A DNA stretch of 64,000 bases from an uncultured virus (IMG/VR IMGVR_UViG_3300031992_000075) (IMGVR_UViG_3300031992_000075), one strand, 5' to 3'. Positions 28,868-39,402 are shown, numbered from the stretch's first letter. Translations and numbers: made by a program. The notes: generated by a model from the sequence alone, not told the origin.

Positions 28868-29848
28868 TTATTTTTTCAGTCTAATCTGTACTGACCCTTT
28901 GCGTTTAACCACCTTATCAAAGTCACTAGTAAGCTTTTTACATGCCCGTGGGTGTTTCTTAGCATAGTCGGCTAAAAATTCCTTGTAATCAAAAGTATGG
29001 CTTTCTGTGGCATCCACACGGGTTATTGACCAGTTGTCGTTTTTTATACTTTTAATATTATGAATGTCCATAAAGGCAAACAGACGCGACTTAAATTCTT
29101 CAACCTTTTGCTCACGCTCTTTGATTTCGGCTAGCGCGTTTGTTATCACATCAAATTCCTGTTTTACAATGTCGGGCAGGTATTCGCTATCAATTTCATC
29201 ACCATCATAATACTCAGTGAAATCATCAAGAAAAGCGTCAACAATCGTCATTGCCTTGTTAACATCAAAGAAAGCTGATGCAAACTGAACACGCTTTATT
29301 GTCAGCCGCGACGGGTCAAAGTCAACACCTTGGGATAAATCCAAACCATCCGTAGAATAGTGTACCAAAAACAAACGGGCAGTCCATTCACTTCCGCGCT
29401 CAATGGCCTTTTCCTTGGCTATCACGTTGTGGATAAACAATTGCGCCTTGTACGTCTGTCTTGTCTGTTCGTAGTTGAACTTCGTTGTCTTTACCTCGTA
29501 CACATTGATTGCCTTGTGTTCCTCATCAACCAGTACAAGGTCTGGATGGGAAATCAGCTTGACGTTTTTCTTGGAGTATTTCTCGCTTACCCACAATGGA
29601 TTACTTTCATATCTATCATCCATTGCCTTTAGGTGATTAAACACCATCATCTCTACATCATCACCTGCCTTGATGGCATCAGTTCGTGGAATCTCCTCTT
29701 GTGGTATCAAACCCTTAACCACGGCCATGCGCTTGTAGGCCGACTTTGGAACACAATTGGCAACTGCCACTTGTAACAATACCCTACCATCACTTGAACC
29801 GAGGCAACCCAATCTTGTTGCCGCAATGTTTTCTTTGTAATTTTCCAT
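28868..29848 (-). CDS. YqaJ/lambda-exonuclease-like nuclease
   Basis: R...LGSSD, G...E, SHPD, YEVKTT, Y.AQL; adjacent to RecT. Confidence 0.8.
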   Translation of the reverse strand: MENYKENIAATRLGCLGSSDGRVLLQVAVANCVPKSAYKRMAVVKGLIPQEEIPRTDAIKAGDDVEMMVFNHLKAMDDRYESNPLWVSEKYSKKNVKLISHPDLVLVDEEHKAINVYEVKTTKFNYEQTRQTYKAQLFIHNVIAKEKAIERGSEWTARLFLVHYSTDGLDLSQGVDFDPSRLTIKRVQFASAFFDVNKAMTIVDAFLDDFTEYYDGDEIDSEYLPDIVKQEFDVITNALAEIKEREQKVEEFKSRLFAFMDIHNIKSIKNDNWSITRVDATESHTFDYKEFLADYAKKHPRACKKLTSDFDKVVKRKGSVQIRLKK

Positions 29849-29852
29849 TTGA

Positions 29853-30176
29853 TTATAATTTTACTTTGTCTTGTAAATCCTCAAACCATATATCCTTGCC
29901 ACATGCCATAGCCACACATAACTCCGTATGACAACCAGCACTACGATTAAAATCGTGCAAGAACAGAACCGTGTCACAATCCAACAACGCCCGTAGGTCA
30001 TGTTCCATGTATTCGTATGTGGTTAGACCTTCAACCCACTGGCTACCCAATGGGTTAAACACATCATAACCACGGCCACGCAACTTAACTTCCATCTGCA
30101 TTGCCGTGTCATGCCTTTCGTTTATGTCGTAACCACTAATCGGTAGCGACATGTAGATTTTCCTCTTTTTCTCCAT
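29853..30176 (-). CDS. DUF4406-like (deoxyribosyltransferase-like fold) protein
   Basis: KIYMSLPISG, VFNP, YM..DL..LLDCD, S.GC..E. Confidence 0.75.
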   Translation of the reverse strand: MEKKRKIYMSLPISGYDINERHDTAMQMEVKLRGRGYDVFNPLGSQWVEGLTTYEYMEHDLRALLDCDTVLFLHDFNRSAGCHTELCVAMACGKDIWFEDLQDKVKL

Positions 30177-30525
30177 TTATGCTTTTCTTTGTTTTAATAA
30201 TGGTTATATCCCTGCAAACAACATTGTTCGTCATAAATGTGTTGCCCTTATATTCATTCTTGAATGATGATAATCGACCAAAAACAGATGCACGATTGCC
30301 ACGACAAGCATTGACGCGTTGCAGGTATTCCAGTTGTTTCTTGTCATAACAGAATATGCGTATGTATGTCTGTGAATGTGTCCTTTCTGTGGCATCCGAG
30401 AACTCCTTTGTGTAGGCATTGATGCAAAGGGAAAAGGTTGCAAAATCCTTTCCCTCTTTCGTTCTCCCATATTTGAAGTCATCACCGACGACTCCCTCTA
30501 ATAACACTATGTTTTTGTCCTGCAT
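30136..30525 (-). CDS. ssb: single-stranded DNA-binding protein
   Basis: N.V.L.G.VG.D, ATFSL, RG....V.GRL; promoter TACCTTTG at 30553-30546. Confidence 0.75.
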   Translation of the reverse strand: MQDKNIVLLEGVVGDDFKYGRTKEGKDFATFSLCINAYTKEFSDATERTHSQTYIRIFCYDKKQLEYLQRVNACRGNRASVFGRLSSFKNEYKGNTFMTNNVVCRDITIIKTKKSINGEKEENLHVATD

Positions 30526-30986
30526 ATATCAATTGTAATTTGGTACAAAGGTACTTGTAATATTCCAAATCTGCAAATATTTTAATTTTGTTTAAGTTAA
30601 AGAATATTAACGTCAATTTTTGGGTAAATGAGTTAGTTTGTACCATGCAATTGCCATAGCATGAAAGTGTGCCACAACAAGCCATTTGTTAGTTACGTAC
30701 TTTTCGGGGTGTGCGCTTGTTCGTTCCACGTGTTCCATGACCTTTGCACGTGACATCTTGTATTCAAACTTAGTGCCGTCCTCGGCCACGAAACGCGCCT
30801 CATAACATTCATCATTCGCGCAATAAAATTCCATTTCTTTTATGCCATACTTGGTCATAAAGATAGTTTTTTTCGTCATACTTCTTCTCTTTTCTGTATA
30901 AAATATCCAATTACATAACCTACGGCAATACCCACTATTGCACTCAATCCGCATAATATCATAACAGCAGTATGTGTAACCATAAC

Positions 30987-31265
30987 TTATTCTCCTTTCT
31001 GTACTTTAAGCCCAAGTTCAAAGAAGTGTTTGGCAACACGTCTTAAACTTAGTTTGTGACCTATTGTTGCTTTTTCAAAATTATCGTCTATAAACTGAGA
31101 TATTTCCTTATTTATATCCACCTCTTTAACTTCAAGGGTGTCGAGGAATTTCTGAACAGCATACAATCCGTCACAGACTCCTTGGTCGTGTCTTAAATTA
31201 AGATTTAGCAATTCTCTTAATCTCTCTATCTCCGCTACTAAAGCGTCTTTGTCTATCAGTTTCAT
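30987..31265 (-). CDS. modular hypothetical protein
   Basis: IDKDALVAEIERL, FLDTLEVKEV, AKHFFELGLK..KGE*. Confidence 0.7.
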   Translation of the reverse strand: MKLIDKDALVAEIERLRELLNLNLRHDQGVCDGLYAVQKFLDTLEVKEVDINKEISQFIDDNFEKATIGHKLSLRRVAKHFFELGLKVQKGE

Positions 31266-31267
31266 AA

Positions 31268-32177
31268 CTATTGATGTTTACATAATTCTAAATAAAATTC
31301 TTTAGCGGCTTGATAAATAGTGTCGCCAAAACCACAGATACCTTCTTGAATATTATCACCGTAAAGAAAGCACCATTGATTGCCATCTTTATACGGCTTG
31401 ATACCTAAAGCCGTGATTGCTGACCACATTTCAATATCATTTAACCGTGGTTCTATTTCGTTATTCCAAAGTCTGTAAAAAGTGTCAAAATCCATAATCA
31501 TTATCCTTTCATTGCGTTTTTAAAGTCCTCAATAACTTTCTTATGTGCTATATGTGCTTCATTTGTAGGCTTCCCAGTCGTGGTATCATATTCAACATGG
31601 ATATAATCATCCATATTTGATATAATCCACTCACAAGCCTCTTTAATAAATGCATCTGTACGGATGTACTCAATAGTGTTATTTCTTTTGGGTTGATAAC
31701 TTGCAGCCATACACTCAAGTGGTGTCAGATAAATCTTCTCTGGTGCTTCGTTTGCTTTCATAATACAATAGTTTTATCAATTTCACATAGCCTTAAAGCG
31801 TGCTGAATTTGGTGTATATAATGAACATCCATTCTAACCATATCTTTTCCACCTACTCTCAATAAAAGATAAAATGAACCATCTTGATATGACCATAAAG
31901 CATACAGTTCGTTTGCTACAGCCTTTGATACGTCTTGACAGGCATATACGGTTTCAAGATGGTTTTCTGGAATATATGGCTTAAACTCATTCTTTTCAAG
32001 AATTTCGGGAGTAAGAGGGATAGGTTCTACATTCTTGATATTACACCAATGCGAGCCATTCTTAGAGTCGACATACACAATTCCGTCATTAAAGCCAGTT
32101 ACGCGTACAACAATTTTACTGCCATCAAAGCAGTTAAAATAGACGTAAGTACCAAGTATTATTTCGTTTGCTTTCAT
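31268..32177 (-). CDS. three small coupled hypothetical genes (31268-31501, 31501-31761, 31758-32177)
   Basis: Overlapping stop/start; two begin MKANE. Confidence 0.65.
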
Positions 32178-32212
32178 AACTTATTTATTCTTTAATTTAA
32201 TTACCAACTCTT

Positions 32213-32562
32213 TTATAACACTTTAAACATTGTGTATTCGTCTTTTCCGATAACAGTTATATCAAAACCAAGTGTTTGATACCAAGCAACAAGCCAATCT
32301 TTCATCTTATCTACTTGTATCTCAGCATAAGACCTTGCATGTTTTCTTGCAACCGCAAAGGCGTTTTGCATAAGTTCGCGGCCAATGCCTTGCTTGCGGT
32401 TCAATTCAAACACGGAAAGGTTGCAAAGGAAAGCGGTAGAGGGGTAGTCATCGTCAAGTTTCACGCAGATAATTCCGATACCCTTTTTGTGAACTATGTC
32501 AATGGACGTACCACAAACCACGTATTTGTGTGGCAAAGATAGTTGTTGTGTGTGGTAGTCAT
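32213..32562 (-). pseudogene. GNAT acetyltransferase with a 1-nt frameshift near 32515
   Basis: ATG 32562 (ATGA-coupled to upstream 57-aa ORF) gives MTTTHNNYLCHTNTWF; -1 frame continues GTSIDIV..RKQGIGRELM..WYQTLGF; paralog at 11278 reads INTWFWGRSIDIV. Confidence 0.65.
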
Positions 32563-32728
32563 AACTTATAGCAAAGATAGTTGAGCATTGCCGCAATCAT
32601 CCAAAACGATGCACGGTCAACATCGCCAGTAAAATACCGCCACATTGAAACAATAACACACACAAACACACAAAATGCCTGTAAATCCCTACCTTTAACG
32701 ATGGGTACGTAAAATCTAATTTTCTTTT

Positions 32729-33362
32729 TCATAATTCTTGTTGTTTTACTGATTTATCATACATTTCCTTTAATTGCTCGATAACCTTATACCTGTCTTT
32801 ATTTGGTATTTCGTAAAGATTAAGCCTAATCATAAGAGTGTTCAAAACTGGGTCGTTCAATTCAGTTGCACGTTCAGCAACTTGCGCAAGTAAGTTGCTA
32901 AACACATTCCAACACACAGCATACATACCTTTTTCGCTGTTTTCGCATGCTTCTTTTAAGAACTGAGGTGTATTCACATCAAAAGACAATTTGTCACCCA
33001 TGTTAAACACATCAAGTTTTGTTGGTATAACTTTTGTTTCCATAGCCTTATTGTCTGTTTAATTTATTTTCGTATTCTTTGCGCTTAAAATTCCAATCTG
33101 GTAGCCACTCTGAAAGATTTGCAACGTCTTGTGTGTTATATATGATTGCAAGCACCCACCATTCTGCACCCCTTTCGTTGTTCGCTTGCTTGATTGCCAT
33201 TATATATCCACGATTAGCTTCTTTTGAAAAGCAAATTTCGTAGCCATTATCAATGATTCGCTTGCATAGCCCACTTGCCAATAATTCTTCTTTACTATTT
33301 ACTTCGTAGTAAACATCATCAAAACCACTAAAGAAGTTTGGTCTGTATTTCTTTATTTTCAT
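32729..33362 (-). CDS. two hypothetical genes (32729-33043, 33048-33362)
   Basis: ORF track; coupled on minus strand. Confidence 0.65.
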
Positions 33363-33443
33363 AATCCTAATATATTTTAATTGGTTTAAGTTTTTCGATT
33401 CCAAATTTTGTTTGCTTTTAGTCTTCTAAACTCTTCCATAAAC

Positions 33444-34019
33444 TTATTTTTTTATTATTAATCGTTTATATTCGTCGCGTTCCACAAGACCAAGTTTCTT
33501 CAACCTTTGCAAGTAGTCGCGTATGTTTTTCTCTCCTATATATCCGTACATTTCGGAAAGTCTTTTTCTTGTAGAAAAGATAAATTTATCATTTCCGCGA
33601 AGGTTTTTTAACCAAGAATAAAATATTAGCAATTCGTTTTTCAATCCACTTTTATTATCTAATGTAAAAAAACCGTTCACATATATATCACAATGTTTAA
33701 TCGTGTTGTTATCATAAACGATTCCCATGTCATGTAATTTATTTATTGCTCTTGATACAGATGGTTGACTAACGCCTGTTTGTTTGGATATTTTATTGCC
33801 ATAACAAAAAATTCCTTCAAAATCAAACATATAGTTTGGTAACGGAAATGTGTCACCATATTCTTCTAACGCATATTTATCGTAAGTTCCAGTTTCTTTA
33901 TCCCACACGTCATCCAAATCGCAAATAGAACAATAAACCAAGAAAGAAAAAACAATCCTTTCCGTCGCATTTAAACATTGTCGGTCGGCAATAAGCCTCT
34001 TGTAATAAACGTTTTTCAT
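33444..34019 (-). CDS. tandem winged-helix protein, candidate replication initiator
   Basis: ISKQTGVSQPSVSRAINKLHDMGIV and RKRLSEMYG.....IRDYLQRLKKLGLVE; iteron array 200 bp upstream. Confidence 0.65.
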   Translation of the reverse strand: MKNVYYKRLIADRQCLNATERIVFSFLVYCSICDLDDVWDKETGTYDKYALEEYGDTFPLPNYMFDFEGIFCYGNKISKQTGVSQPSVSRAINKLHDMGIVYDNNTIKHCDIYVNGFFTLDNKSGLKNELLIFYSWLKNLRGNDKFIFSTRKRLSEMYGYIGEKNIRDYLQRLKKLGLVERDEYKRLIIKK

Positions 34020-34176
34020 TTTCGTACCTGTTTAAAAATCCTTGCACCCATTTAAAAGTGGAAAAAGGGAAAACCATAACAGGTGCGATAAAAAGGTCTT
34101 GTCGGTAGGGTAGCTACTCCCAGCCTATCCCTTTCTTTCCACTTGCAAAGATACATATTATTTTGAAACAAACAAA
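34020..34176 (-). promoter_or_regulatory. promoter plus pseudoknot-like 5' leader
   Basis: TATCTTTG at 34153-34146; long stem 34056-34070/34128-34144; 10/11 complement 34022-34032/34078-34088 next to the ATG. Confidence 0.6.
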
Positions 34177-34217
34177 AGTAAACAAGCAAATTAACAAAAA
34201 TTAAACCAAATAACCCT

Positions 34218-34318
34218 TATTCATTTGCTTACTATACATATTCATTTGCTTACGGTCTTATTCATTTACTTACCCCAATGTTATTCATTTACTTACGCTA
34301 TCTTATTCGTTTGCTTAC
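34218..34318. repeat. five 15-bp direct repeats (iteron-like)
   Basis: TATTCRTTTRCTTAC at 34218, 34239, 34259, 34282, 34304; periods 21, 20, 23, 22 bp; AT-rich tract follows. Confidence 0.9.
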
Positions 34319-34577
34319 CCCATATATAGATAATATAATAGACAATAAGTATAAGAAAATTATAAAAGAAAATTTATGTTAAGCCACTTTGTTAAAACAA
34401 CGTGGCAAAAATAAACTTTTTTCTTTTTAACATTGAATGTTTTTAATGAACACAATTACCACTCATCATCGGTATCAACATCGTCGTCCTCGTGGTCGCG
34501 CTCGTAGTAACTACCTCGGTAGCACTTTTCACAACAGTCTGTGTTCTTACAATCGTTACAATATCCAAACCGCTGCT

Positions 34578-36078
34578 TCATACCCCGACAAGTTCTAATT
34601 TGTACGCATCATTTTCAAAAACATCACCTACCTTGTGGGTGTTACACCAACGTATTGCGTCATTCGTTTCCTTTACGTTGTTTACACATGCAAACACGTA
34701 TTGGCCGACATTGCCAACCAAATACACCTTTGATTCATTCTTCGCTTTGTTAAAAAACCTTACCTTTTTCATTTTGATGTCCTCCGATTTTTTATTTGTT
34801 GTTATAAACTTCGTATGCACGATTTACAAGTTTGGTCTTGCAATCGGTATCAAGTTCAGAATACCACCGCAAAACGTCCATTCTATTGTCAAGCACGTAT
34901 TCGACATACTTTTTATAGATGTGTATGCCTAATTCATACCCAAACACGGATTTGCTTTCTGCTATGTTCCACACATTAAAGACGTACCACATGAAATATG
35001 TTACGATACGCTCTTTTTTGTCGTAGGTCTTTTCATTCATAATCCTATTTCTTTAAACCCCAACGAATCAAGTCTAGCATAATAAAAAACACAAATGCAA
35101 TAACACAACCGAACCAAAAAGGCTTATCGTATTTTGCAAACAACGTACATTGCGACCATATCACAAACAATGGAAGTTTCCATGCAATTTCTTTTAAATA
35201 CCTCATAATACTGTTCTTTTATTAAATTATAACACCATCGAACTCTATTTCGTGATTTGCGAAATACGGTTGTTCGTATTCAACACCGCTACAGTCGTTT
35301 ATACATTCAAATCTGTAATACGTACTATAGAGTATCGGAAAGTCTTTACTGTAGTCACTTAGTATTCGTCCTGCGTGGCTTATGTGCCTCGTGCCATCTG
35401 CGACCTCTTTAAACCATTGACTAAAAGAAGGAATCGCTTCGGCACAAATTAAGAAAAAGTCTTGTTTAACTTCTCTTACCACGTCAGTGTCTTGCCTTAT
35501 GGCAATGCAACTTGAAACATCTTCGTTTGGTCTAAGCTTTACCAAAATGTTGCTTACGTTCTTACAAATACTTTCATAATATTCGCAGTCAGCCTTGCTG
35601 TCAAACCTTGTGTCGTCAAATGCTTTGTAAATTGTAATTTCTTCCATAATCTTGTTATTTTATTGATTGTTATACAACTCGTTTGCCCTATCTACAAGCT
35701 TTTGCCGACAATACCTATCAAGGTCTGCATACCACGAAAGATTCTGGTCGATTGAACACTCTCTTTTCTCAGTCCACTTTGCATAGATGTGGTTGCCAAG
35801 ACTTTCACCAAACAGAAATTGTGCCTCTTTGATGCACCATCTGTTGTACATATAATACATGAAATTTGTTACCTCGTTCTTCATATCTTGTTTATTATTT
35901 CGATTTTGTAAATATCCCATTCCAATTCATCACCTACATCATGCGTGTTGCACCAACGTATGGCATCGTTTGTTTCTTTCACGTTGTTTGTCATGGCAAA
36001 GACCTTTTCACCAACTTTGCCTGCAAGCATCGTTTCATCTTTCCCATTTATCTTGTTTGTGAATTTTACTTGCTTCAT
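34578..36078 (-). CDS. cluster of small hypothetical genes including two paralog pairs
   Basis: 34578-34770 ~ 35881-36078 (NNVKETNDAIRWCNTH.VGD); 34792-35040 ~ 35660-35884 (F...LG.HIY.K, WY..LD..C..KLV.RA.E.YNN); 35222-35647 between. Confidence 0.7.
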
Positions 36079-36401
36079 AGTTTTATTCTTCTTTTGCTAA
36101 TTTTTCCAGTTTATACCATTCCACATCTGGCTCATTTAAGCCCCAGAAATCAACCAAGTATTTTCGCGTCATTTCCTCACGTTTTTCCTTTGGTTTGATA
36201 TATCCAAACATGTCGTTCGGAATCATATATGTTGGGGTAAGAATGTGGTCGTTCCCCTTTTCTTTGATTTTAGCCTGCCACGTTTCCATAGATTTATAAG
36301 TATGTTTTGATTTAACATTGTTTTTAAGCCCATAGAAAGCGTTTCTTTGCTTTGGTGGGTAATTATCCCACAATAAGAAAGAAATGCTGCCAGAAATCGC
36401 T

Positions 36402-36692
36402 TTAAAGCGTTTTTGATGAAATCTTGTGAACTTCAACGTATGTCATTTCAAATTCGTAACCACGACGCTTTAATTCTTCCATCAGTTCACGAGGTTGGAA
36501 ATCCGAAAGCCGTATGTTTCTGGCATTTACTGCATTCTCTTCTTGCTTTTTCTTTTCAGCCAAAAGCTTCTTGGCTGCTTTCCTGTTTTTACTGTTGCAT
36601 TCCTTGCAAACATAGGTGTAGCCAAAACCATTTTTCGCAAAGTTTTCCAGTGGCAGTTCGTTGCCACAGTACTTACAAATTCTTGTTTCCAT
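36402..36692 (-). CDS. Zn-finger hypothetical protein
   Basis: CKYCG.ELPL.NF..CKEC; L.DF.PRELMEELKRRGY. Confidence 0.7.
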   Translation of the reverse strand: METRICKYCGNELPLENFAKNGFGYTYVCKECNSKNRKAAKKLLAEKKKQEENAVNARNIRLSDFQPRELMEELKRRGYEFEMTYVEVHKISSKTL

Positions 36693-36700
36693 AATTGTTG

Positions 36701-36943
36701 TTACTTTTTTAGTGAATACTCAGTTACAATTTTCTCTGTGTCAGTTTTTATTTTGCATGTTGTGATGTTCATGCCACGTTTGCGCAAGTCGCAAATCCTA
36801 CTCGCAAGCCTCATGCAGCAAAACATGTCCAATGCCTCAAGGCTTGTAATCGAATAGCCTGCCTCTAGCCATGCCGCAATCTTATTGCACTGCGACTGGC
36901 TTTTTTTCTTGTTTAAGTTTACGTTAATTGCTTTTGTTTTCAT
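36701..36943 (-). CDS. small winged-HTH protein
   Basis: SQ...I...L..G.SIT.LEA...F..MRLASRI.DLR..G..I. Confidence 0.75.
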   Translation of the reverse strand: MKTKAINVNLNKKKSQSQCNKIAAWLEAGYSITSLEALDMFCCMRLASRICDLRKRGMNITTCKIKTDTEKIVTEYSLKK

Positions 36944-36948
36944 TTTAA

Positions 36949-37770
36949 TTATTTTTTTAGGTTCATCAAACTTGTTCTAACATTCTGTATGTTTGCGCAC
37001 AATCTTGCACGCAAATTTGTCGCGTCAAGGTCGGACAAATCCCACTTTGCGAACAGCGTTCCAGTGTCATCCATCTCTTTGTAGTCACGCATAAGTGACA
37101 AAAGACGTATCTTGTAATCCCCTTTTGTTGTAACTGTGTTCCAATCCCACAATGATGCGTCATCACTTGTGCAAGCCTGTGGGAATACATTCTTAACAAT
37201 CTTCAGGAATACCTGCACGTCCTTGCTCGCAAGGTGTCGTGCATTCTTCATTCGCCCTCTTTCCATTGATTCTTTTTCTTTCTGTTCCTTTGTTTTGTTG
37301 TTATACGTTTCAATCCATTTTTCCGATGCACCTCCAGTTTTTTCACCGCGAGCCTTTTTGGCTGCAAGTGCCTGTTTTGTACGAATACTCGTAATCAATG
37401 CCTCACGTTCTGCCAATGCCCAAAACAATGTCAAGGTAAAGCGGTCACTATGAGGCAAATCACAAAATTCAATATTACCTTCTCCCATTTCGTCAAGTAT
37501 GCTCAATGCTTCTTGACAATTACGAAAGCGGTCTGACTTCGCAATAACAAGTATTGCCCCAGTTTCTTTTGCGTATTTCATCGCCTTTCGTAATTCCTTA
37601 CATCCACTTAATTCTTTACCTGTGTAGCATTCGGAATAGTCTGCGATTAATTCACCTCCGTCACGTTCAACAAAGTAACGGATAATCTCTTTCTGAGCCT
37701 CCAATCCCAAACCAGATTGTGATTGGCGAAATGTACTAACACGACGCCAACTAACATATTTCTTTGCCAT
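36949..37770 (-). CDS. serine recombinase (resolvase/invertase family)
   Basis: RVST..Q..SGLGLEAQ, E..TG, L..A, LVIAKSDRF-R, LAEREA..TS.RTKQALAAKKARG. Confidence 0.9.
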   Translation of the reverse strand: MAKKYVSWRRVSTFRQSQSGLGLEAQKEIIRYFVERDGGELIADYSECYTGKELSGCKELRKAMKYAKETGAILVIAKSDRFRNCQEALSILDEMGEGNIEFCDLPHSDRFTLTLFWALAEREALITSIRTKQALAAKKARGEKTGGASEKWIETYNNKTKEQKEKESMERGRMKNARHLASKDVQVFLKIVKNVFPQACTSDDASLWDWNTVTTKGDYKIRLLSLMRDYKEMDDTGTLFAKWDLSDLDATNLRARLCANIQNVRTSLMNLKK

Positions 37771-37850
37771 AATTTAAGACGTTTTATATTTCCAAAAATA
37801 CCCGTTTGATGATTTACGTTTCCCGTTACAACAATCGCAAATATATTAAC

Positions 37851-38165
37851 TCATATTAACACGGGTTCGTAGTCGTACTTACTTCCCCATTCTCCCGTAA
37901 GAACATCACTTCCACTGGTAGCGATTGCACTATATGTTATGTCGTTGCCAGCCCAATAATAACAACCTCTGTTGTACTTGCCAAGTTGTATTCTTTTACG
38001 GACGTTCTCTATATTTCTCTTGTTCATATAGTCTGTATGCAACACGTACTGACATACATAAAGACACAAACAATATATGGGTGAAAACTTAGCATCGTAT
38101 TCTGCAATGCCACCCTCATATCCGTTTGGTGAAATCTTGTTAATCTTAATTGTATTCATAATCAA
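37851..38165 (-). CDS. hypothetical protein
   Basis: 104-aa ORF. Confidence 0.6.
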   Translation of the reverse strand: MIMNTIKINKISPNGYEGGIAEYDAKFSPIYCLCLYVCQYVLHTDYMNKRNIENVRKRIQLGKYNRGCYYWAGNDITYSAIATSGSDVLTGEWGSKYDYEPVLI

Positions 38166-38353
38166 TCGTTATTATTTATTACTTAACCAATCTTGTGGCG
38201 GTTGCCGTTTCCTCCACGGCTACAAAGGTTTTATTTATACCGCCTGCGAGCATTAACGCCCTCCCATCTTAAATATATCCCCACCTAATATTAGGCCAAG
38301 GATACCCAAAATGATAATTATTTCCATTTGTTTCCTTTATTTAATTTATATTA

Positions 38354-38485
38354 TTAATTATTATAATACTGGTTGATTTGGTTAATTGCGTCCTCTTTGC
38401 TTGTTGCCAGCTATTCTTCATAAATGTTCTTTCGGACTTTCCAACCAAATGCGTCATGGATAATTAATAAGCCTTTATAAATCAT
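38354..38485 (-). pseudogene. small gene with in-frame TAG at codon 25
   Basis: MIYKGLLIIHDAFGWKVRKNIYEE*LATSKEDAINQINQYYNN*, TAATG-coupled to upstream gene. Confidence 0.45.
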
Positions 38486-38922
38486 TACTCAAATATTTTT
38501 GTTATTTTCAAATTTAAAATCCAGAAGTTTTTCCATATTTTCGGAAAAGCTAATCCGCTAATGTATAGCAGGGCACACCATGCCAACCCAACAAGCGACC
38601 ACCAGCCGCCTGAAAGCGTAAGCACGACCGCTACAAACAAAGCAGCCGTGCAAACCAGATAAATAACAACATTCTTCATACTTTACTTAAACCATTTTGG
38701 ATTAGGCGTCAATGCTTTTGCCAAACGCTCTGCATACAATCTTCCGCCGCTCTCATAATTCTTTTTCTCCCATGTTATCATCCGTTGCAATTCTTCAGAA
38801 GTGCAATGCCCGTTTTGATAACGCTTTGTGTAACGAGCGATAGCGTTATCCATGTTTCTTTTTAAAATATCCATATTGCATTAACTTTTGTCAGCCGTTT
38901 GAAAGCGACTTCTGTTTTTATA

Positions 38923-39402
38923 TTAGTCAACATAATCGTAATAATATTGCACCGCCTTTTCATGTTGCTTGTTGTCTTTATCGAACCAGTCAAAGTACAA
39001 CTCGCGCACCATGTAATACAAATCCGAGTACATTTTGACGTACTCATTATTACCACGGGCAGCATGCTCCCATGATTTGAGGTTTGCAACAATAAGAATT
39101 TCTACAAACCATTCGACGTTATCGCGCCAATTCTTCAAAGCATTACGCAATGTACTGGCAATTGCGGACATACCCTCGACAGGAACGCACCACTCTGCGA
39201 TTGAGAAATCTCTTGTGTAGGTGGTTTTTCTCTCATATCACTCGCGCAAATTCATCTCAAAGTTTCGCTCACACCACGCGGCATAAGAGAACGGGTCGCG
39301 GATATTGCGCCGAATTAACTCGTCCCGCATGTTGTCGTACTTGTGCGCTTTCACGAAGTCGCACATTTTACTCACCCTCTGATTAAATTCCTTCTTTGTC
39401 AT
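38923..39402 (-). pseudogene. gene with in-frame TGA at codon 55
   Basis: MTKKEFNQ...NLRE*YERKTTYTRDFSIAEW...MSAIAST...YYYDYVD*; frame continuous across the TGA at 39240-39238. Confidence 0.6.

Noticed and set aside
32533..32583. 13-bp direct repeat GCAAAGATAGTTG containing TAnnTTTG
   Set aside because: Both copies lie in coding sequence (NYLC twice) and lack a properly spaced -33 element; probably chance or a small duplication.
34218..34318. CRISPR array
   Set aside because: Repeats are 15 bp with 5-8-bp spacers, far too short; no cas genes; period fits iterons.
36290..36436. N-terminal extension of ORF 36083-36436
   Set aside because: It overlaps the upstream gene and spans a dispersed hairpin copy; the likely start is METWQ near 36289.
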